Assembly (NCBI GenBank): GCA_965372445.1
Contig: CBDVCJ010000002.1
Coordinates: 1-34,915, forward strand
Length of the DNA stretch: 34,915 nt
Source of the DNA: an uncultured Thermoplasmata archaeon
GTDB taxonomy: Archaea; Thermoplasmatota; Penumbrarchaeia; JAEHCK01; CBDVCJ01
Direction: 5' to 3'
The first letter of the stretch is position 1. Every line of letters starts with the position of its first letter. The notes under the pieces are model-generated. The model was not told where the DNA came from. It searched no databases and saw only the letters and a list, made by a program, of their open reading frames with translations. Below are positions 1 through 8,242 of this stretch, one piece after another. The translations under genes were made by a program, and so were the position numbers.

Positions 1-43
1 TTGCCTCGGCTTTGAAAATGCCCGAAGGGGATTTTCAATGCAA

Positions 44-66
44 GGTAATTTACATCGTAAATTACC
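44..66. other. perfect 9-bp hairpin GGTAATTTA-catcg-TAAATTACC
   Basis: Read directly. Related GGTAAWTT...AAWTTACC hairpins occur at 19309-19331 and, weaker, at 33895-33917. Function unknown. Confidence 0.6.
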
Positions 67-153
67 GCCAAAATCATTGTTATGGTTTTCGATTGTAAAA
101 CCCTTCGGCTTTTCCAAAGTAGGGGTCAGGATACTTATTGTCTGTTTATTATG

Positions 154-300
154 GATTCGCGATTGGAGATTCGAGATAATCCACGGAAAGGCGAGAGACG
201 ATAGGCGACAGGCGAGACAACCGTCCACATTTCGTCTTTCGCCTTTTGTCTTTCGCCTTTCTTAGGGCAATCTCGAATCTCGAAACAGGAATCTCTAATC
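154..300. repeat. intergenic nested imperfect palindrome built from tandem words (E1)
   Basis: Left arm is gattcgcgattggagattcgagataatcc + ggaaaggcgagagacgataggcgacaggcgagac. Right arm is the degenerate reverse complement: gtctttcgccttttgtctttcgcctttc + aatctcgaatctcgaaacaggaatctctaatc. Centre is near 225. Confidence 0.8.
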
Positions 301-353
301 TACTATGACACACCCTAAGTGTGGGAACGAACGAAGTTCGGGCACGCACCTGC

Positions 354-377
354 GGCAATTTATTAATATAAATTGCC
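354..377. other. perfect 10-bp hairpin GGCAATTTAT-taat-ATAAATTGCC
   Basis: Read directly. Followed by further small hairpins: tttcagaa-tccttcgg-tttctgaaa at 383-407 and attttc-gaa-gaaaat at 418-432. Confidence 0.6.
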
Positions 378-440
378 TCGCATTTCAGAATCCTTCGGTT
401 TCTGAAAAGCGAGGGTTATTTTCGAAGAAAATGACCCATG

Positions 441-475
441 TCCTCAATCCTTAATCCTTAATCCTCAATCCTTGA
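441..475. repeat. 7-nt tandem repeat TCCTYAA x5
   Basis: tcctcaa tccttaa tccttaa tcctcaa tccttga, read directly. Confidence 0.85.
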
Positions 476-516
476 CCCCCCTTGATAATACCGCCAATAT
501 TGGCCATTTATCAAAA

Positions 517-527
517 CATTTAAATCC
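517..527 (+). promoter_or_regulatory. candidate TATA-like box (catttaaatcc) upstream of the Sm-like gene
   Basis: AT-rich TTTAAAT element about 36-42 nt upstream of the ATG at 561. A tGAGG RBS-like motif sits 7 nt upstream of the ATG. Position-based guess only. Confidence 0.3.
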
Positions 528-560
528 ACCCATTCAGTTTACGGTAACTGAGGCTTTCAA

Positions 561-788
561 ATGACATTACCGTTAGATATTTTACAGAACTCACTAAATT
601 CCCAGATCTCAATACTTTTAAAAGATGGCCGCAAACTCGAAGGTAAACTTCTGGGATACGATGAATATATGAACATGGTTCTGGAAGACACCAATGAAAC
701 AACCGAGGAAAATTCGCGCAAGCTAGGCATGATTATCCTCAGAGGAAATAATATTATTAGAATTGCACCTAAATACAAATCCAAATGA
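561..788 (+). CDS. Sm-like (LSm/SmAP) archaeal RNA-binding protein
   Basis: 75-aa ORF. LLKDGRKLEGKLLGYDEYMNMVLED ... GMIILRGNNII matches the Sm1/Sm2 motif pattern of archaeal Sm proteins. Confidence 0.9.
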   Translation: MTLPLDILQNSLNSQISILLKDGRKLEGKLLGYDEYMNMVLEDTNETTEENSRKLGMIILRGNNIIRIAPKYKSK

Positions 789-829
789 AAAATTGCGTGA
801 ACATTCATTTAATAAAAGCGCAATTTTTT
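789..829 (+). terminator. hairpin plus T6 run immediately after the Sm-like gene stop
   Basis: aaaattgcg (789-797) pairs with cgcaatttt (819-827). T run at 824-829. Confidence 0.4.
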
Positions 830-991
830 GGGACTGAGGCTGGAGGCAAATATACTTTGTCAATGGTCTAAAGGCCTAAAGTCCAGACTTTAGGTTCTTG
901 GACATAAACTTTATATTTACACTTCATCCTTTTTAAGATCTAAGTGTTTATTGTATTATATAAAAACAATAATAAATGGCAGGGGGTTATT

Positions 992-3217
992 ATGACTAAA
1001 CGACTTCTTTTCGCACAACCAATAAAGCCCGACCCTTATATTGAGGCTTCTTCGTTATTGGAAGGTAATTATGAGCTGACAGTAAAATCAGGAGCGTCTA
1101 AAGCCTTTACAGATATCGGGCGGGCGGTCTGGATGATTGCTCGCGCGTTGGATAATGATGCGGCATTGGTAAGTATCAATGTCGAAGGTAATGTTTTTGA
1201 TTGGAATATTGTGATAAATACTGCAGATCTGAACATTGCAATGAAATGCGGACCATATCAAGATAACGTTGGAGATATAAAAGACTGTATTGTCCAATTA
1301 ATGTTCGAGGGCGATGATGATAAGATCGAGATTTTCACACAATTTCTCACTGAGAAATTAGACCACAATCCTTTTGAGATTAATGATTGGGATAATTTTT
1401 CCACCAAAACCGGCGTGTCTAAAGATGAGGTGCTGAATGCTTGGGAAAGTTTATTAGGTGAAAACTTTGCGGTGATTCGAGGTCGAGAAGTAGAACCTCA
1501 ACCCGTAGAAGTACTTCCGGAATATCAACCTGCACTGCAATTAGAGGGTGAACCTGGTGCTACTAGCCCCCACATGCCGATGGCAGAACCGATGGAAGAT
1601 CTAGGTGAACTACCCGCACCGGAACAACCTAGGAAGAAGGTAAGAAGGTTAAAAAAGGTCAAGTTAAAATTCAAAACACCGAAAGTAAGTACTAGAAAAT
1701 GTCCAAAATGTGGCGAGATTGTTGAGGTGAACATTACTGACGGGCCTATACAATTTCAATGCACTTCCTGTGGATTGAAAGGCAAGTTCAAGAGGAAGAA
1801 GAGGGAAATACCTGAATCTCCACCACCAGAAATTGCAGCTCAAGAGTTACCGATCGAAGAACCGTCAGAGATACCAGAAGTGGAGCTGCCAGCACCCGAA
1901 ATTCTAACTGACGAGCCGCCTGAACCGGATGTTATATCTGAAGCACGTCCCGAGATGCCTGAGGTGGAACCGATCGAACCGGAAGTACCGCCTGAGATCA
2001 TGCCTGGTGAAGAACCTGCGGAGCCCGAGATAACACCTGAACCCTCGCCCGAAATACCGCCTGAGACCGAACCTGAAGTACCACCCGAACCAGAGCCAGA
2101 AATTGCCGAGGAAGTGCCAACGCCAGAAGAGCCCGAACCGGAACCAGAAATTGCCGAGGAAGTGCCAACGTCAGAAGAACCTGAACCAGAGCCGGAAACA
2201 GCAGAGGAAGTACCAATGGCTGAAGAGCCCGAACCGGAGCCAGAAATAGCGGAAGAAGTGCCAATGGCTGAAGAACCCGAACCGGAGCCAGAAATAGCAG
2301 AGGAAGTGCCAACGCCAGAAGAACCCGAACCCGAGACCTCGGCACCAGAAGCTGCACCGGCAGTACCACTTGAAACAATGGCCGCAGAATTGATCCCAAC
2401 AGAAACCACGCCTGAAACCGAGCCGGAACTTGAAGCGCCAATATCAGAGCCAGAAGAGTCCGCGGCAACTTCAATGGCAGACTCCATATCTGCCACGCCA
2501 CTAACAATTCCCGAAGCTGAGGAACTAGAGATGGCACAACCCCCGGAGCCCGCGCCAATATACCCGGAAGAACCCGTTGAAGAAGAACATTTACCAACCG
2601 CTGAACCTGCGCCTGACCTGGAGCAAAGATCTGAGGATGAACTTTATGATAATGCCAGGGGCTATATGAACGAAGGCAAATTCATAGATGCGATCGCGAG
2701 ACTGGATGAAATACTGGCGATCAATCCAAATTATATTGATGCCTGGAGTGAGAAGGGCGTTGCGCTATGGGGTATAGGCAGACTTGGTGAAGCGATAGAC
2801 TGTTACAATAAGGCAATTGAATTGGATCAAAATAACAGTGAAACATTGATCAATAAAGGTGTTGCATTAAATGCATTAGGCAAAAAAGACGAGGCAATTG
2901 CAACTTATGACCAGGCAATAATGGTAAATGAAGATGTCGAGGAAGCCTGGCTAAATAAAGGCGTCACACTATTCACTCTGGATAGATTGGAAGAGGCAGA
3001 GAATTGTTTTGAGAGAGCCACCAAAATCAATCCTAGCAGTGAAGAAGCCTGGCTCAACCTCGCGGTAATTCTTGAAAAACTTGATAAATATAAAGACGCC
3101 CTGGAATCCTATGAAAAAGTGTTGACCATCAATCCAGATAATAATGATGCTTTGGGCGGGCAAAGGGTTTGTAAAAAGGAGCTGCGACAAGAGCTACTTC
3201 GGAATTGGAATGTCTGA
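992..3217 (+). CDS. multidomain protein: unknown N-domain, zinc ribbon, Pro/Glu-rich acidic repeat region, C-terminal TPR repeats
   Basis: The track ORF 944..3217 begins at GTG. The ATG at 992 (MTKRLL) follows a GGGGG RBS. CPKCGEIVEV...CTSCG zinc ribbon is flanked by K/R stretches. Long PE-rich segment. About 6 TPR-like units, e.g. AWSEKGVALWGIGRLGEAIDCYNKAIELDQNN. Confidence 0.75.
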   Translation: MTKRLLFAQPIKPDPYIEASSLLEGNYELTVKSGASKAFTDIGRAVWMIARALDNDAALVSINVEGNVFDWNIVINTADLNIAMKCGPYQDNVGDIKDCIVQLMFEGDDDKIEIFTQFLTEKLDHNPFEINDWDNFSTKTGVSKDEVLNAWESLLGENFAVIRGREVEPQPVEVLPEYQPALQLEGEPGATSPHMPMAEPMEDLGELPAPEQPRKKVRRLKKVKLKFKTPKVSTRKCPKCGEIVEVNITDGPIQFQCTSCGLKGKFKRKKREIPESPPPEIAAQELPIEEPSEIPEVELPAPEILTDEPPEPDVISEARPEMPEVEPIEPEVPPEIMPGEEPAEPEITPEPSPEIPPETEPEVPPEPEPEIAEEVPTPEEPEPEPEIAEEVPTSEEPEPEPETAEEVPMAEEPEPEPEIAEEVPMAEEPEPEPEIAEEVPTPEEPEPETSAPEAAPAVPLETMAAELIPTETTPETEPELEAPISEPEESAATSMADSISATPLTIPEAEELEMAQPPEPAPIYPEEPVEEEHLPTAEPAPDLEQRSEDELYDNARGYMNEGKFIDAIARLDEILAINPNYIDAWSEKGVALWGIGRLGEAIDCYNKAIELDQNNSETLINKGVALNALGKKDEAIATYDQAIMVNEDVEEAWLNKGVTLFTLDRLEEAENCFERATKINPSSEEAWLNLAVILEKLDKYKDALESYEKVLTINPDNNDALGGQRVCKKELRQELLRNWNV
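2087..2335 (+). repeat. in-frame 48-nt tandem repeat x5 (plus a partial sixth) encoding EPEPEIAEEVP(T/M)(P/S/A)EEP
   Basis: Units at 2087, 2135, 2183, 2231 and 2279, read directly from nucleotide and protein sequence. Confidence 0.9.
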
Positions 3218-3218
3218 G

Positions 3219-4685
3219 CTAGCATTCATATGCACGTTTGCCGATCGAATCTTTTTTATAGAGCTCGATCAGATCTTCCTGCATATCTTGAGGATAGCCA
3301 TTCGGAAAATCGAGACACCCACTGCAAATATCAATATCGTCTCTATCACCAATTATTGAAGTTCTCAATGCATTCATACTGCTATACGCAAGTGAATCCG
3401 CACCGATATCTTGTGCAATCTCGTCCCATGGTCTTAAACCGCCGTCGTCATCGATCGCGATGAATTCTTTTTTACTGCGCATATCGATCCCAAGATAGCA
3501 TGGTGAGATTAGGGGTGGGCACCCAATTCTGACATGTACTTTTTTGGCACCCGCAGCTCTGAGTTTAGTGATGATCTTCCTAATATTCGTGCCTCTGACC
3601 AAACTATCATCAGTTACAACTATATCCTTACCATCAACTGCCGCATCAATTGCCGACATATTTTGCTCGGCTAACTCGTCCCGCTGCTCTTGGGTCTGGA
3701 GTATGAACGACCGTACTTTCTTATATTTTCTTAAACCTTCTTCAAGCGGAATGCCGCTTGCATGAGAATAGCCGATCGCATATCTTCGACCCGATTCCGG
3801 TACCGGTACAACAATATCGGCTTCCGCCGGGCTCTCTTGATACAATCGCTTGCCGAGCTCGACTCGAACCGTATGAACCGGGATAGCCTCAATGAACGAG
3901 TCGGGGTCCGCGAAATAGATATATTCAAACATACAAAGATGTTTCCTTTTTTTGACGATCTGTTGCTGGATCGGTGCATCCTCACGGGGGTCGAGACTTA
4001 AGATCGTACCGCCATCTACATCTTGAAATTCGGTAATACCCAATCTTTTTAGCGTTGAGGATTCCGAGGCAAGGTACCATGTAGTATTACTTCTTCCGTA
4101 AACCAGAGGTCGAATTTTATATGGGTCTGTCATTGCGAATAAATACGGTTTGTCAACTCCCACGGTCATGTATAATGCAGAATAGGCGCCTTTGAGCTGC
4201 GTCATTACATTAGCGCCGGCTTCAATTAAAGTGTCATAATTAATTTTACTCACTGAAGGTAATTTATTGGCCAATAAAAGTAATAAGAATTGTACATCAC
4301 AATCAGTTCTTGGCGGTCTTTTTAATTTGGCTAACAATTCCTGAGCGTTATAAATATTGCCGTTATGACAGGCGGCAAGAAAGGGGTTCACTATATATTC
4401 AGGTTGGGCATTTTTCCTCAGGCTCGTCCAATCATCAGCACCGGCAGTTGAATATCTTGTGTGGCCGATCCCTACATATCCAGGATGCTCAACACCAAAT
4501 TCGTGCTCGTCCGTGTAGCCATGTAATAATCTATTTACTAACCCAGCTTCTTTTTTGGTGTAAATATTGCCATCATAAGTGATCATCCCGACCGCAGAAT
4601 GGCCGCGGTGCTGTAAACTTCGCAGGCCAAGAAATATGGATCTTGAAATTGTATCATTTCCATATATTCCTATTATACCGCACAT
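3219..4685 (-). CDS. purF: amidophosphoribosyltransferase (glutamine-PRPP amidotransferase)
   Basis: N-terminal MCGIIGIYG (Ntn catalytic Cys). LQHRGHSAVGM. PRT motif DIVVTDDSLVRGTN. Cys pattern consistent with the [4Fe-4S] type (HLCMFEY, CPPLISPC, CSGC). GGAG RBS upstream. Confidence 0.9.
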   Translation of the reverse strand: MCGIIGIYGNDTISRSIFLGLRSLQHRGHSAVGMITYDGNIYTKKEAGLVNRLLHGYTDEHEFGVEHPGYVGIGHTRYSTAGADDWTSLRKNAQPEYIVNPFLAACHNGNIYNAQELLAKLKRPPRTDCDVQFLLLLLANKLPSVSKINYDTLIEAGANVMTQLKGAYSALYMTVGVDKPYLFAMTDPYKIRPLVYGRSNTTWYLASESSTLKRLGITEFQDVDGGTILSLDPREDAPIQQQIVKKRKHLCMFEYIYFADPDSFIEAIPVHTVRVELGKRLYQESPAEADIVVPVPESGRRYAIGYSHASGIPLEEGLRKYKKVRSFILQTQEQRDELAEQNMSAIDAAVDGKDIVVTDDSLVRGTNIRKIITKLRAAGAKKVHVRIGCPPLISPCYLGIDMRSKKEFIAIDDDGGLRPWDEIAQDIGADSLAYSSMNALRTSIIGDRDDIDICSGCLDFPNGYPQDMQEDLIELYKKDSIGKRAYEC

Positions 4686-4749
4686 TAATTTATTACTCCA
4701 TTATTTTGTAAGTTGTGGAAAAATTGTCAGATGTAATCTAGTCTGCCTT

Positions 4750-6156
4750 TTACTCGGGTTTCAAATATTCGCCGGTCCAGCAATACAAACATAACTTCTC
4801 TTTTGGTAACCCTATAGCTTCCACCATATCATCCATATTTTGATACCTTAGGGTCGTCACATCCAGATCCTTGGCGATCCACTCGAGCATTTTTTGATAT
4901 TTTTCGGAGTTATAATCCGTATATTCAGATACATCTTCGATATCTTCACCTTCAAGGTCACGGATCGCACGCCGCGCTGCAAGCTCCTTGATCTCTCGGG
5001 TGGAGAGATTGAATTTACATGGGAACATCAGCGGCGGGCATGCGGGCCTGACATGGATCTCTTTCGCACCGCGTTCCCAGAGCTTTTTTATTGTATAGTT
5101 CTTAAGTTGTGTGCCTCTCACAATAGAATCCTCACAGATCACCATACGGTTACCTTCAATGATCTCTTTTATCGGCACAAGCTTCATCGTCGCGATCAGG
5201 TTGCGGATCGCTTGCTGGGGCGGAATATAACTTCGGCCATAGCCGGCAGTATATTTTACAAATGGACGTCTATAGGGTTTGCCGGATTCCATTGCATACC
5301 CAAGAGCATGAGCAACACCCGAATCGGGGATGCCGCTGACCATATCGATCTCTATATCTTTATCTCGATTTGCAAGAGCTCTTCCGCATTTTTCTCGCAC
5401 GACCTCCACATTTATATCTTCATAATTCGAAGCTGGAAAACCGGTATAAACCCATAAGAACGCACAAATCTGGGTTAGATCGCCCCCAGGCCGTTGGGTG
5501 TCTACCCCATCCTTATTTATTAATACGATCTCACCAGGCCCAATATGTTTAATGGTTTTAAACCCAATATTTGGAAATGCAGTAGTTTCTGAGGTCACCG
5601 CCCAGGCATCGTCGCTTTGACCTATTGCTAAAGGCCAATACCCAAAACGGTCACGCACTGCGTACACACCGTCTTTGTTTAATAATAACAGCGAACATGC
5701 ACCTTCGATCTCATCAAACATCTTTTCGATGCCGTCAATAATATCGTCGCCTTGGGTTATCAACTTTGCAACTAATTCGGTGGGATTGACCGTATCTGCG
5801 CTCATTTCGCTGAAGGTTATGCCTTGGTCCAGAAGTTTTTTGGATAGCTCTGCGACATTTTCGATCAAGCCATTTGTCACGAGACAGAACGGTCCGAATT
5901 TGGAGTTTAAATATATTGGCTGCTCTTCATTAGCACTTATTACACCTATTCCTTTATTACCCTTCATTTGGTCAACATATTCAAAAAATTTCGATTTAAA
6001 TTGGGTTTGGCTTATTACATGGATCTGGCGCTGAAAATCGTCGCCAAGTACTGCCATCCCGCCAAATTCGGTCCCTAGATGTGAATGGTAATCTGTTCCA
6101 TAAAACAAAGTTTTTGCACAGTCTCCTTTTGAGACTACCCCGAAGATCCCGCTCAT
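4750..6156 (-). CDS. PurF-like amidophosphoribosyltransferase paralogue with Ser at the catalytic Cys position
   Basis: MSGIFGVV aligns with MCGIIGIY of the neighbouring PurF. PRT motif MVICEDSIVRGTQ. Conserved Cys positions QICAFLW, ACPPLMFPC, LCLYCW. GGAGGG RBS. Confidence 0.8.
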   Translation of the reverse strand: MSGIFGVVSKGDCAKTLFYGTDYHSHLGTEFGGMAVLGDDFQRQIHVISQTQFKSKFFEYVDQMKGNKGIGVISANEEQPIYLNSKFGPFCLVTNGLIENVAELSKKLLDQGITFSEMSADTVNPTELVAKLITQGDDIIDGIEKMFDEIEGACSLLLLNKDGVYAVRDRFGYWPLAIGQSDDAWAVTSETTAFPNIGFKTIKHIGPGEIVLINKDGVDTQRPGGDLTQICAFLWVYTGFPASNYEDINVEVVREKCGRALANRDKDIEIDMVSGIPDSGVAHALGYAMESGKPYRRPFVKYTAGYGRSYIPPQQAIRNLIATMKLVPIKEIIEGNRMVICEDSIVRGTQLKNYTIKKLWERGAKEIHVRPACPPLMFPCKFNLSTREIKELAARRAIRDLEGEDIEDVSEYTDYNSEKYQKMLEWIAKDLDVTTLRYQNMDDMVEAIGLPKEKLCLYCWTGEYLKPE

Positions 6157-6185
6157 AAGATCCCTCCAATAATTAAAATGCGTTG

Positions 6186-6199
6186 GTAATATAATAGGG
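6186..6199 (-). promoter_or_regulatory. candidate TATA-like box for the purF-like / purF pair
   Basis: Minus-strand cctattatattacc lies about 30-43 nt upstream of the ATG at 6156. Position-based guess only. Confidence 0.25.
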
Positions 6200-6483
6200 T
6201 AGTATCCACTAGCCCTGAAATAGTTACGCGCGTGCCCCTGATTTGAATACTGTCTATTATCATGGTGCTATTCATAGACCTTTTCCTGCCCTTATATTGG
6301 CAAATTTGTACTTGCCAACCCAACGATTTTTTAAGTGCCAATTTGGAAAATTCTGGTGGTAGTGCTCGAACCGGGTTTTATTTGAATTTTCGAGCCTGAA
6401 ATGATCAATAATTCCACCTACCCCCCGACTCGGATTAATTTGAAACTTTATATATTTTTCTTTTAATGGATCGAGAGAATTTC

Positions 6484-7491
6484 TTAAAATTTTTCAACAA
6501 TAATTTCGCCGCATTTCGTACATTTACCCTTTTTGAGCTTTATCTTGCTCTTGTTGAAGAACCCTCCTCGTTCAATTACTAATTTATTGCAGTTGGGACA
6601 GTATGTATCGCCAAATTTTGGGTGATAGATATTGCCAAGATATACGAATTTCAAACCTGCCTTGGTAGCAATCTTATGCGCGGCCAATAGCGTCTTTTCG
6701 GGTGTCGGTGGTAGATCGGTCATTTTATAGTTGGGATGAAACCTCGATAGATGTAACGGTGTGTCAGGCCCCAATTTTGTCTTTATCCATTTACATAATT
6801 TACGAATGTCGTCGTGATCGTCATTAAGGGTTGGGATGACAAGATTGGTGATCTCTATATGTATTCCAAGTTCACGCGCAAGTTCACAGGTGGCCTTGAC
6901 GGGCCCGAGCTTGCCGCCGCAGATCTTTTTGTAGAAGTTCGGGTCGAATGATTTCACATCGATATTCATTGCATCCAGATAAGGCGCGATCTTTTTCAAA
7001 GGCTCCGGGTTGATGAAGCCGTTGGTCACATAGACTGTATAAAGGCCGTGTTTTTTTGCATAGACCGAGCCCTCGTAAGTGTATTCGAACCAGATCGTGG
7101 GCTCGTTGTAGGTCCAGGCAATACCGTCACAGCCGCGATCACGCGCGGGTTTGACGGCCGCAGAAGGCGCGACCGGCTTCACACCGCTCTCGTCAGGCTC
7201 CGATTGCGAGGTGTAATAGTTCTGACACTGCATACACTTAAAATTACAGCCCAAAGTGCCGAAGGAATAAACATCTGAGCCGGGGTGGAAATGATATAAC
7301 GGTTTTTTCTCGATCGGGTCGACCGCACCGGACGACGTTAACCCATAAATTAAACTGTATAACTTACCGCTATTGTTCATTCGCACACGGCAAATACCCC
7401 TTTTACCTGATGAGATCTTGCAATTATGCGGACATAAATTGCATTGGACTTTTTTGCCTTTTAAGGGTTCCCAAAACATTGCCTCGTGCAT
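6484..7491 (-). CDS. amrS: AmmeMemoRadiSam system radical SAM enzyme
   Basis: N-terminal KVQCNLCPHNCKISSGKRGICRVR. DPIEKKPLYHFHPGS. Radical SAM CNFKCMQC (CxxxCxxC). C-terminal CPNC...CTKCG zinc ribbon. AGGTG RBS. Confidence 0.85.
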   Translation of the reverse strand: MHEAMFWEPLKGKKVQCNLCPHNCKISSGKRGICRVRMNNSGKLYSLIYGLTSSGAVDPIEKKPLYHFHPGSDVYSFGTLGCNFKCMQCQNYYTSQSEPDESGVKPVAPSAAVKPARDRGCDGIAWTYNEPTIWFEYTYEGSVYAKKHGLYTVYVTNGFINPEPLKKIAPYLDAMNIDVKSFDPNFYKKICGGKLGPVKATCELARELGIHIEITNLVIPTLNDDHDDIRKLCKWIKTKLGPDTPLHLSRFHPNYKMTDLPPTPEKTLLAAHKIATKAGLKFVYLGNIYHPKFGDTYCPNCNKLVIERGGFFNKSKIKLKKGKCTKCGEIIVEKF

Positions 7492-7604
7492 TGGCGCACC
7501 TATTCCTTAATTGTATTATAACTACACAAAAGTTTCTATAATTTGGTAATTCTGGTTTGCGGAATGGTTGTGAAATAAAATTCTAAATCCCAGACGCTAT
7601 AAAA

Positions 7605-7777
7605 GGCACAAAGGCACAAAGTGACAGAGGCACAAAGTAAATTGTATGAAAATTAAAATGGGGGGTAGGTACTTTGTGCCTTCGGTCTCGATGTCCAAAG
7701 GACGAGAGACCTCGTGTAAAATAAGAATAATTTGATTGATAGCATATTTTACTCGTGTGCCTTTGGATCTTTGTGCC
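7605..7777. repeat. intergenic word palindrome (E2): GGCACAAA words and their complement
   Basis: ggcacaaa at 7605, 7613 and 7629. Complement ctttgtgcc at 7672 and tgtgcctttggatctttgtgcc at 7756-7777. Inner hairpin ggtctcg...cgagagacc near 7684-7710. Confidence 0.75.
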
Positions 7778-7800
7778 TATTTACGGTTTTATATTAAGGA

Positions 7801-7853
7801 AATTCGCATTTCGGATTTCACTCTTGAGGAGCTTTAATTTTGGGCACCGGGGG
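7801..7853. repeat. copy A (truncated) of the 3' end of the giant surface-protein gene
   Basis: aattcgcatttcggatttcactcttgaggagctttaattttgggcaccgg matches copies B and C. On the minus strand it reads ...PVPKIKAPQE-stop, as copy B does. Confidence 0.8.
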
Positions 7854-7879
7854 TTGCCCCTTCAGCTATCCATTTCAAC

Positions 7880-7895
7880 GTTAATTTTATAAAGT
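7880..7895 (+). promoter_or_regulatory. candidate TATA-like box (ttaattttataaag) for cassette 1
   Basis: About 35-45 nt upstream of the ATG at 7928. cAGGTGG RBS at 7915-7921. Confidence 0.3.
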
Positions 7896-7927
7896 TATAA
7901 AAGAATAAAATTATCAGGTGGAAAAAA

Positions 7928-8146
7928 ATGAAGATCGATGCCTTAAGGGAGCTTTATAAAAATAAATGGCTGGCAATCAAAGTTAGCAGATTCAGTAAAG
8001 ATAAAGTTCCTTTAGAAGGCAGTGTAATTGCAGAAGCTGATAATAGGGAGGAATTATGGAAAAAAGTTCCTCAAAGTAAGAGAAACGCAATTTATATCAT
8101 GTATTCTGGAAAGTATTTAGAGGAAGGATATGCTGCTGCATTTTAA
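7928..8146 (+). CDS. small protein, DUF5678-like (cassette 1, gene 1)
   Basis: 72-aa ORF with RBS. The pattern YKNKWLAIK...VIAEADNREELWKKV resembles DUF5678-type small archaeal proteins (assignment from memory). The C-terminal motif KRNAIYIMYSGK is shared with the cassette 2 small protein. Confidence 0.55.
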   Translation: MKIDALRELYKNKWLAIKVSRFSKDKVPLEGSVIAEADNREELWKKVPQSKRNAIYIMYSGKYLEEGYAAAF

Positions 8147-8242
8147 TGTGGAATTTTCATAAGAGTTCGACTAGATAAAGATGAACCCTTAATAGTTATA
8201 CCCGTTAGTCTAACTGGTAAAGTTGCTAAATATATCGTTAAT

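Noticed and set aside
154-300. Mismatches in the long palindrome looked biased towards G-T (G-U wobble), which would indicate a plus-strand RNA structure
   Set aside because: In E1, 4 of 7 mismatches over a 33-nt arm are G-T. The same test on E5 (19081-19250) gave mostly T-T, A-A and C-A mismatches. There is no consistent strand-specific wobble signal from what I could check by hand.
38-808. Small ORFs 38..265, 149..358, 520..702 and 557..808
   Set aside because: They overlap palindromic spacer DNA or lie antisense to the Sm-like gene. They have no RBS and their translations are low-complexity.
944-991. Upstream alternative starts offered by the ORF track: GTG 944, TTG 32041, GTG 26337, 14819, 17561 and 21254
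   Set aside because: In each case a downstream ATG is preceded by a well-placed GGAGG/GGGGG/AGGTGA-type RBS and gives the N-terminus expected for the family. For example, MPKR for CarB, with GTG 26337 lying inside the RBS itself.
1840-2597. Antisense ORFs of 218 aa and 199 aa (Ser/Gly-rich and Leu/Pro-rich)
   Set aside because: They are low-complexity shadow frames of the Pro/Glu-rich repeat region of the plus-strand TPR-protein gene.
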